64,000 nucleotides of DNA from the human T2T-CHM13v2.0 reference genome, Homo sapiens. Below, piece by piece: positions 53,943-64,000 of the stretch. Position 1 is the stretch's first letter. Each line of letters starts with the position of its first letter. Position numbers and translations under genes: made by a program. The stretch lies in the NCBI RefSeq assembly GCF_009914755.1, contig NC_060931.1, one strand, 5' to 3'. Under the pieces are notes generated by a model. That model made no database searches, was not told the origin of the DNA, and was given only the letters and a program-made list of their open reading frames with translations.

Positions 53943-55744
53943 TATTCACATGATTTTATGACTACAAAAATATATGTATACTTCCTCATAGAAATGCCTT
54001 AAAGAAAGAAGTGTTAATTATTTCTTTCTATATCATAAGTGCCATGCATCTTGCTAAGATATATTAGATCTGCAAAGTGTTTATTGAATTAATTTCTAAA
54101 AATAATAAAACTCTTAGCTTTGTTGCGTGCATATATATATATATACAAGTAAAATGCTTATTGCACAGACTAAACTCATTGGAGTAAAAACAACAAACAG
54201 TTTTATTTTTTCCTCCAGCACCTTAAATATGCTATACAACCCCTCCCTTCCCTTAGCAACATCTGAGTCAGATGCCATGGTCCCTCTCAGGTATTGAGAA
54301 TGGGGTGGAGGAAATGTTTTTAGTTTATATTATTTAACAGTTCCTGCTGATGTAGTTCTTTTGGTCACCATGGGCTGGCCTAAAGTGGCATCTCTCATGG
54401 GGTGCATGTGCCACCTCTCTAGAAGCCATGTGCAGACTAATGTAGCTAATGTGCTCTCCAGCTCTCCTCTGTGACCATCCACAAGCACCTGTCCCTAGAA
54501 GTACTCCTGACAAAGATGCTCACAGCTGGCATGGAGCCCAAAGCTAGTCCTCTTCATAAGGGTACCTTTAAAAAGCCTTTAGGCTGGTTCTCTTCTCCCA
54601 TGTCTGTGCACTTTGAAAAATTCAAGCATCCTTGCCATGCACCTGACCTTTGTCCTTACCCTGCAATTGCACCTGCTCAATCCAGCTTCCTGCCATCAGG
54701 ACTCTCCAGGTCAGAAGTGAGCATTGCTGTCCACACTCACAAACACCACAAGTTTTCAGAGACACACAAAATTATCCTGAGAACTCCCTCACCAATCTTC
54801 CTTCTGCTGGACTGGAAGCCCTGGGGAAGGCCTGCAGACACCATAGCTCAGCAAATCACCTCACTGTGGAGGGAAATGCAGGCTTCTTTTCTCTCAGCAA
54901 CCACAATTTCCATCCACAGTTTTCTTAGAGCCCTTCTCATCTGGTTTGAGGGACGGGAAATGCTGGGCAGTCCCCACTTAGGCAACAATGCAACATGAAA
55001 ACTGCTAAAACTTCCTCCACTACATTTAACTCCCCTTAACATTTATACTCTTCTCTTTCTATAAATATTTGACAGTGGAACAGAGACTTGTAAGACTACT
55101 TTGGCTATCTCTTAACAATTCCTGGGGAAGATATGCGCATTTGGAAGAATATGAAGTACTTTTCAATCCTTGTCCTCAGCCTGGGGCCTTCAACGGAAGT
55201 GTTAGATGACAGAAAAAGTCTAATGGATGTCTTATTACATATGAGGCATGTATGTGTCCTTACATGTATTCCTTACATGTATACCCCAGCTCATCTCAAA
55301 AAGGTTGTATGCAGCTGCAGAGATGCATAAAACACAACAGAACAAAGATAAGACTCAGAAAAAAACCTATCTGGTACTATAAAGATACTGCAGATACATC
55401 TGAAGATTTTTGAGCAAAAGAGTGACATGATGAAAAAACATGTTTTAGAAAGATGGAGAAGATGAAGAAGGCTTTGTGGAACACGTATCAGGACTAAGTA
55501 GTGGAAATGCTTATAGGATGTAGATGGGCTTTGCTGTTCTGCTAAAGCAAGGCACAATGTGTTCAAGAAGACACACTTGAGGGCTACTACTCTTTTCCAA
55601 TGTCAGGTCTCAAATATTAATGCCTGGGCAATTTCCTGCATAATATACTCCACAGAGTCAGCAGTGTTGTACAGGTGAGAATCACTGGGCAGGCATTGGA
55701 TGATAGCAGTCAAAATCTGGGTGCTTGCTAATTGTACTTTAATA

Positions 55745-55777
55745 TGAGAGAGAGAGCACGAGAGAGAGAGAGAGAGA
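55745..55777. repeat. (GA)n microsatellite, interrupted
   Basis: Read directly. Confidence 0.9.
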
Positions 55778-56881
55778 TCACACAAATGAATCAGCACTAA
55801 CTGCACTCTCACCCAAGCTCTGCCCAAAGGCAGTCCTTGCCAGATAACCAGCACTATATTAGATTTTGAAAAACAGTGCAGCAGTGTCAGCTTCCATGAT
55901 AAATCATCCTTTCAGGCTCTTAGAGCAGAACAAACACCTTGACTTTCCTGCCATGGATGATGCTTGCTCTCTCTCAAGTCCTGAGTCACCCTGGAGCATC
56001 TCCAAATGTGGACTCAGAGGCAGTTAGAAGATAGTCAAGAAAGCAGTGGCACCAGGCTGACATATTTCTGGGGAGTCGAAGCTGGACTGTCTAATTATCC
56101 TTCACCACACTCCGTGGAGCTCTCTGTGGTTCCCAGCCTGACTGCCTTCAAATGGTACCAGGCAATCCCCTGGAACTTTTTGCAGCTATTCCTTACAGCT
56201 GTGAAGACAGCTCTTTGGGTGATATCCAGCCTGCTGAATCATTCATTTCCTGTTCTTGATCTCAGAAAGTTCTGTTTGATGTTGTTTTCTCAAGACCATC
56301 ATTTTAAAGGAAGCAATATTTTATATAATGCAGCTTTGTGGGCTTAGGCACTAAAACCAGATTATTTTGAATATGGCTTACCCTTATAATCATTTTCCTA
56401 TGTAGAATTCTGGGTGCTGAGAATAACTCTACCATGATCCTCCCATGACATGAGGATGTTGGATGTTATAGGCAGGATTCCCAGTTCTGTTTACGCTATA
56501 AAGTTGAAGACATTGCTCAACTTGTCAGTAACAAGTCAGGAGAAGTTGCCATTTGTAAAAGTGTCAGATGTATTTGCTAGTGCAACCCAAGAATCTGCTG
56601 TGTGGGTGTTTCCAAGACTTCCATCTTATGAGAGCACTCTTCTCTTTAATGTTAAAATAAAAATGAGTTTATTCCCCATCCCTCACTTAGTCAACTCCCT
56701 GCATTTCTCAGGAATCTCAGGGACTTTCCATTTCTCACAGTTACTCCCTCTTCTAATATCCTCCTTCTGTTTAACTATCTTTCACTTGGATTCTCAATGC
56801 TTACATCTGCTATTTCTCTCCACTCTGCATCAAACGAAATGTGAAAACATGGATGCTTTTCCATGATTAAAACTGTTAATC

Positions 56882-56960
56882 AACTTTAATGTTAAAGTTC
56901 TTAACTTAAACAACTTTAATTTTGATAAAACTACCATCTTTGGGTAGTTTTAACAAAATT
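56882..56960. repeat. Two adjacent short inverted repeats
   Basis: AACTTTAA-tg-TTAAAGTT (56882-56899) and AATTTTGATAAAACTACC-7 nt-GGTAGTTTTAACAAAATT (56918-56960). Confidence 0.85.
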
Positions 56961-57367
56961 TATTAAGGAGTCAGAGGTAAAGGAGCATATGACTGAACAC
57001 TGCCTATTAGTCCATATGCGACCCTCCTGATCCTAGAAGTCTCCTGGCCATTTCCCCCCGGGAAGCATCTCACTGGCTGACCCCTGCCTTCTACAGCCTT
57101 CCATGCAGCTGGCCCTGCTTCCTGTTCATCCAGAGCCCTCTCACTCTTTCCTTCTTAAGTTACCATGAAAAATTTAAATGCTCCTTGTTTTAATCGGCAA
57201 CCAATATAGTGCTCTTTGTCTTACTCTTCCTCCCTCTAGATCAAGGTCTGGGGTCTATTTCCTCACCAAAAATTCAACAATAATCAATCATACTGCCAGA
57301 CAAACTTTGTTTCCCTACTCCTACCTCCTACATTAGTCTTAAAATTATTAGATTTTAAAACATTTAG

Positions 57368-57495
57368 ATACTGTAATGTATCTACTCTCATTAGAAATCA
57401 GATAAAGAACACAGAAGGACTCAGTTTCAAAATACTGTAATGTATCTATTCTCATTAGAAATCAGATACAGAGCACAGAAAAATTCAGTTTCAAA
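57368..57495. repeat. 64-bp tandem duplication
   Basis: Units 57368-57431 and 57432-57495, 6 mismatches. Confidence 0.93.
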
Positions 57496-57507
57496 ACTTA
57501 TTAATCT

Positions 57508-60190
57508 CTATTATGAACAATTATATGCCAATATATTTAAAAACCTAGAGGAAATGGCTAAATTCCTGGACACATACAACCTGCCAATATTGAACCAAGA
57601 AGAAATAGCAAGACTGAACAGACCAAAAACAAGTAATGAGATTGAACCAGTAATAAAAACTTCCCAACAAAGAAAAGTCCAGGACTGGATGACTTCGTAG
57701 CTGAATTCTACTGAACTCTTAAAGAATTAATACAAATTCTTCTATTCTAGGAGGCCAGTGTAACTTTGATACCAAAACCAGACAAGGACACGAAAATGAA
57801 AGAAAACTCTAGACCAATATCCCTAGTGAACATAGAGACAAAAATTCTCAACAAAATACTAGCAAACTGAATCCAACAGCACATCAAAAAGATCACACAC
57901 AATGATCAAGTAGAATTCATCCTATGGATGTAAGGATGTTTCAACATAAGCAAATCAATAAACACGATACATCACATCAGCAGAATTATAAGGACAAAAA
58001 TTATATGATCATCTCAACAGCTGCAGAAAAAGCACTTGACAAAATTCAACATCCCTTCATAGTAAAAACCTTCAATAAATTAGGTATAGAAGGAAAGTAC
58101 CTCAACATAATGAAGGCCACATATAACAAACTAAAATCATACAGAATGAGAACAAAATCTTACCACTCTTATTCAGTATAGTACTAGAAGTCCTAGCCAG
58201 AGCAGTTAGGCAAGAGAAAGAAATAAAGGACATCCAAATTGGAGAAGAGGAAGTCAAAATGTTCCTGCTTGCAGATAAATGATCTTATACATAGAAAAAT
58301 CTAAAGACTCTACCAAAAAACTCAGAACTGATAAACGAAATCAGTAAAGTTGCAGGATACAAAATCAACAACAAAAATCAGTGGCATTTCTATATAGAGA
58401 CAACAAACTAGCTGAAAAAAAAAATCAAGAAAGCAACTCCATTTACAATAACTACAAAAATAATAAAATATCTAGAAAAAGAATTTAACCAAGGAGATGA
58501 CAGATATCTACAAGGAAAACTATAAAACACCGATGAAAGAAATTGAAGAAAACACAAAAAAATAGAAAGACATCCATATTCGTGAGCTGGAAGAATTAAT
58601 ATTGTTAAAATGGCCATACTAACTAAAGTGATCTTCAGATTCAATGCAGTCCCTACCAAAATACCACAGAAATAGAGAAACATAATACTAAAATTTGTAT
58701 GGAACCAAAAAAGACCCTGAATAGCCAAAGTAATTCTGAGCAAAAAGAACAAAGCTGAAGGTATCACATTACTATTCTTCAAAACATACTACAAAGTTAG
58801 AGTAGCCAAAACAGCATGGCACTAGCATAAAAACAGACACACAGGTCAATGGAACAGAATAGAGATTTCAGAGATTAATCCACAGATTTGCAGCCAACTA
58901 ATTTTTGACAAAGGCACCAAGAACACTCACTGGGAAAAGGACAGCCTCGTCAATAAATGGTCCTGGGGAAACTGGATATCCATATTCAAAGAATGAAACT
59001 AGATGCTCACGTTTCACCCTATACAAAAGTCAACTCGGAATGAATCCAAGGACTAGATGTAAGACCTGAAACTATAAAGCTACTAGAAGAAAACATGGGG
59101 GAAATGCTTCAAGACATTTGTCTGGGAAAATATTTTATAAATAAAATCTCAAAAGCACAGGCAACTACGGCAAAAATAAACAAATGAAATTATATCAAAT
59201 GAAAAAGCTTTTAAACAACATAGAAAACAATCAACAGAGTGAATGGACAACCTACAAAATAGAAAATATTTGCAACTATTCATCTGACAAGGAATTAATA
59301 TTCAAGATTATACAAGCAACTCAAACATCTCAACAGAAAAAAAAAAAAACTAAAGAAAAGCCTGATTTAAAAATGGGCAAATGATATGAACAGATATTTC
59401 TCAAAATACAGAAATTTTCAACAAATATATGTAAAAATGTTCAACATCATTAATCATCAGGGAAATGCAAATCAAAACTACAACGAGATATCATCTCATC
59501 TCAGATAAAATTGCTATTGTCAAAAATACAAAAATAATAAATACTGGTGAGGATGCAGAGAAAAGGAAACTCTTATACACCACTGGTGCAAATGTAAACT
59601 AGTATAACCCTTATGGAGAACAGTGTGGAGGTTCCCCAGAAAACTACAAATAAAACTACCGTATGATCCAGCAATCCCACCACTGGCCATTTATCCAAAC
59701 GAAAGGAAATCAGTATATCAAAGACAGGTCTGCAGCCCCATGTTGATTGCAGCACTGTTCACAATAGTCAAGACATGGAATCAACCCAAGTGTCCAACAA
59801 CAGATGCATAAAGAAAATATGGTATATATACACAATGGACTACTATTCAGCCATAAAAAAGAATAAAATTCTGTTATTTACTGCAACGTGGATGAAACTG
59901 GAGGACATTGTACTAAGTAAAACAAGCCAGGAACACAAAGTTAAATACTGCATGTTCCCACTAATATGTAGAAGCTTTAAAAAATTAATTTCATAGAAGT
60001 AAAAAGTAGAACAGAGCATATTAGAGGCTGGGAAGAGTAGGAGGGAAGAGAGGATAAGGAGAGATTTGTTAAAGGGCACAGAATTACAGCTAGACAGGAG
60101 GAATAAATTCTAGTGTTTTATAGAATATCACTATGTGCCCCATAAATATGTGCAATTATTGTGCCAATCAAAAATAATTTTTTAAAAAGA
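57508..60190 (+). mobile_element. 5'-truncated L1MA (L1MA3-like): ORF2 RT/C-terminal region and 3' UTR; inactive
   Basis: Peptides YYEQLYAN..NLEEM.KFLDTYNLP and [18 protein letters not shown]. The QGCPLS segment is deleted near 58155 and the FADD motif is frameshifted near 58270. L1MA3-type 3' UTR. Confidence 0.92.
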
Positions 60191-62299
60191 AAATTATTGC
60201 TCTTGTATTTATTCTAAAAATTTTATCCATTTGACTTGGAAAAAATAACTCTTGTTTAAACTATTTTTTTCTGGCTCCCCTTTGGGGGTAATGAATCAGC
60301 AGCCATGATCACTGGACATGTGTGTGGACAGTGATATCCTCTTTGGGCAAACAAGAGACCAGCTCCCAGTGAAACCAGTCAAACCCTCTTCTTTGTAGAC
60401 CACAAAAGTGTCCCTGCTCTTCCAGTATGTGTGAGAGAAGAACACACAATGCAATATAGCACCTGCTATGCTAAACATGTTCAACACACATCCACTGAGA
60501 GAAAGGACAGATCAGATCTTTCTGAGGGTTTACTAACAAAGAAGTGTTACTAAAAATGTAGATAAAAGAGCCATCAGTTTGCAAGTAGGAATCATCCCTA
60601 AGAGAGCAATCCCAACATGGATGACTGGTGCCATTTTGTGGTCAAACTTTAACTGGTTGAAGACAAAATGAGAAAAGTAACTATAATATTGTGTTTTCAA
60701 ATACATACATGTAAACTTCCCAACTCTGGTAGTAGACATAATACTATGGCATAAGATGTGGCTGTCTCTCTATTTTACCTTTTTAGTGTTATAATGTTCA
60801 GTATTAAATAAAATAATGGTAATTCTAGATTGTGGTTTAGTAGGATTTTTAAAAATTATTGTAGTGAAGCAAACTATGTCCTCAATTTTAAGGCATGATA
60901 CGCAAATATCTGGGAACTTGTTCTCTAGAAACATGTTTGAGGGGTTAGGAAAAGAAACAAAATAAAACATCAACATAAATCTTTCAATCCCCTAGAAATT
61001 GTAGAAAACTTACAGAGGGCTTTACTGAAGTCAGGACCCACAAGAACTGCACAGAAAGCTGAGAGACAGGACGCACCTCTCTCTCAGGGTGAAGGGTCTG
61101 GAGAGAGGACACTGGGACCCCCAGAGATCTGGAATCAGTATCCTTTCCAGTCTGTGCCTCACTCATTATTCCCTTCACCCTACACTGCCAACACTCTCAT
61201 CCCCCACTGCAGATTTGCATATTCTTCCTAGGAAGTCTGGGGAAATTTTAGATGCATAGAGAAAAGAAGATACAATCAGTAGGTTTCAACTATGTACTTG
61301 AAAAAAAAATGGCAGCACTAATTGCAGAATGAGAGAGACCCCTCTAGACTGTGTCTGTTCTCACAGTAGCAAGAGTGATCTCTGGAATTGAGAATGCTCT
61401 CCTGCAGTCCCAAGCCTACTGCCAGGACACATGGATGTGATTTTGGACAGTGAGCTGGCTCCTCAGGCAAATAATTTTTCTAACAAATTCTCTCTCTTTC
61501 TTTTAATTTATCTGATCATTGAGGAGATATCAAATTTTTATTACATGTAAATCTAAAATGCATATGAAATTAAGAGTTAGACAAGTGCTTTATAAGTCTT
61601 GGGTCTATGAAGATGAAGACAGGTAATACAGAATTTCAGTCTTGAAGAGATCCTGGGAGATTTCATTACAGATGAGAAACTGTGGCACTTAGAAGTTACG
61701 TAATAAACCAGGATGCCCAGCTCACTAGATGAGAACTTTTTGCCTACTCTTATTTGCCTTATTTGTCAAGCATATATTTTTCCAGGACATAGATTTATCA
61801 TATTCTTAAGAACATATGCCTTTTAATTCATCCTGTGTTTTAAGAAAGTATAATAGGAAATGTTTATATTCTGAAATTTCCCAGTTTTGATTCTACCTTA
61901 TGGATTTAGAAAATAAGAGTAATAAATTATAGCCCGCATATCATGACTTTGTGTCTAAGTGTTGATTTTAAATTGTTTATTTCTTCCTTTATTCATACCT
62001 TTATTCCTCCCTGCACACCCATTTTTGCTCATAAGCAAATTGCATATTACATTCACATTTGATGAGATCAACCCATGATTAGTTAATCAAATATACATGT
62101 AGATCATGTATGTAGACTCTATTTTGGAAGTTTGAAGAAGAAGAAGAGACAGCATTCAAAGGGAAGACAGCATTTCTTACAATGCAAGTGTCTCAAACTT
62201 CCATTCTTTTTCAGTTTGGGAGGAGGGAAGCTCAAAGGCCTGCACCTAGCTAGGTCAGTTTCAGGATTTCTGCATGTTGACAGATTCTAGTGCTTGAGG

Positions 62300-63560
62300 G
62301 TACTATGCATGGAACTAAATCATGGATTCTAGAAATAGTGTCCTGAAGCAATAAAAGACGAGAACAATGGCCAGATATCCGAAAGCATGCCGACTACCTA
62401 AGGGTGCTAAATGAAGAAAGGAATCGAGAAACCATGAGGCTGAAGATAGAGGCAGAGGGAGGTAAGACTGGGGAATTCCAGAGCAGCGCAAGACATGAGT
62501 CCCTGTGGGCATTGCCGCCAGCTTGCCGATACATTAAAGAGGCTGAGGCAGAGTAAATAGGGAACGGTTTAGGGTGGCAAAATGCTAGTAGGAGGAGATT
62601 TGATCAAAAGCAGAGGTGAAGGAGGCTGTCCTTAATCAACAGAGAGGATATTCCACTCTATGGGATTCAGGCAGCTAGAGGGATTGATGTGGTTGCACAC
62701 AAATTTGAAGATGAAAGGGAGATGAATGATGAAGCCATTCACATCATTTCCCTTTCATTTCCTTGATACAGTTGGAGGCTAGGCCATTTGTGTAGGGTGC
62801 TGGTGAGGACTAGGCAGGGGAGAGAGGAGCATGGTGAAGCCTTGCTTGCTGCTACAGGTTGCTTCCAAGGAGAGGAGAAAGACATTCCAAACAGAACTGT
62901 GGGCTCAGCTGCTGCTGCAGACCACCGATGTGCCATGACACTGATCCACACAGGTGTGGGGCTTCTCCAGGAGAGCTCAGATACAGGAGTGGGGACGACC
63001 TCCTCTGGATCAGTTTGGGGATTGATCCAGACTTGGGAAATTTTCAGGACAGGCTTTCTAGAGAGATGAGGGTCTAGAGAGAGTACAGGGTGCTGACTAC
63101 TAGGAGTGAAGGAAAGAGGGGGCTGGAAATGTGTGGTTAGAAGGTTGATGCAAGAGGAGTGAGTGTGAGTTGGAGTGAGAGGTGTGTGAGAATGCAGTGG
63201 AGTGATGCCTGGAGTAGCTCTGGTGGTGGTGGATGAGGGAAATTGTAAGAACAGTGCTTAGCATGAATGAGTTTCATGAAGATCAAAATCTCCCAGATAA
63301 TAGAAGAAATTTAGTTAACGAGGAAGACTATGAATCGGGCACCTCCAACTTCAAGGAATGTAATGAAGCAGCAGGAAGGGGGAAAGCCATTGAAATTGAA
63401 TACGAGCTTCAAAACAAAGGAGCTTTTGCATAAAAAATTACAGGAGGGATGCAATTATAGTAAAGACAGGGAGGTGAAGTAGAGGATGACTGAAATATTG
63501 TGAAGGGAGAAAGGGTTATGTAACCAATGTGAGCCTTCAAGAAAATGTAGCTTATGGGAT
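62300..63560 (-). mobile_element. Ancient L2 ORF2 5' region including endonuclease remnant
   Basis: Minus strand YLGDFDLH (63276-63299) resembles the APE motif LGDFNxH. NGLASNCIKEM near 62755-62790 resembles L2 DDLASYFTEKI. Confidence 0.55.
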
Positions 63561-63739
63561 GCAGACTCTAACCCCACCTGCTCACTGCTGACTGAGTTCC
63601 AAAAAAAAGTAAAAAACAAAGGTAGCCTCTTAAGAGTAAATCAGCTTGATGTACACGTTCTTCTTCCTATGTGAACAATTGGTTCCCTGGATCATAAGTC
63701 CCCCGTGTTAAGGCAAGTCAGGTTGGTCTTTGGTTTTAT

Positions 63740-64000
63740 GCAGCATCCATCCATCTACTCTATCAGTCAGTCTGAATAGAGCACCTTTTCTATGCCAGGT
63801 ATTGTGATGGGGGCTGAGGAAATTGTTTGAAATGAAAATAGAAGTGACCCCTCCCCTTATAGCAATTCCGGTCTAGTAGAAAAGACGTGCATGAAGCAAA
63901 GGGTCACCCTCCAAATGAACAATTACCACTATGATGAGGTCAACCCAGGAGTTACAGGTACAGTGAGAACGTGCGATGTGGGATGGACCTCATAAGAGGA
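63740..64000 (-). mobile_element. L2 3' end
   Basis: catccatccat...gagcaccttttctatgccaggtattgtg...ggtctagtagaaaagac. Confidence 0.7.

Noticed and set aside
54471-54998. 175-aa ORF in unique DNA
   Set aside because: GTG start, no recognisable domain or splice context; consistent with chance.

Overview
AT-rich, CpG-depleted primate (catarrhine-type: AluY, HERV-H LTR7, HERV-K HML-3) intergenic or intronic DNA. I can support no host protein-coding exon, RNA gene or CpG island. The listed ORFs are chance ORFs or lie in repeats. Roughly half of the window is recognisable transposable-element debris: three large old L1s, an L1MA, about ten Alu/FLAM pieces, MIR/L2/CR1, MaLR/ERV solo LTRs and hAT/Tigger DNA transposons. 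The only recognisable protein motifs are in a dead, LTR-less ~1.07 kb HERV-K(HML-3) gag-dUTPase-protease fragment (14082-15151) and in decayed L1/L2 ORF2. The most unusual structure is a ~300 bp mosaic at 31621-31920. It consists of a spacer-less 48-bp palindrome split at its centre by an inverted copy of sequence 1.5 kb downstream, joined to an inverted copy of sequence 1.2 kb upstream. This looks like a fossil multi-template-switch repair junction. Repeat subfamily names come from my recall of consensus sequences, not from a database search. Boundaries of old elements are approximate.
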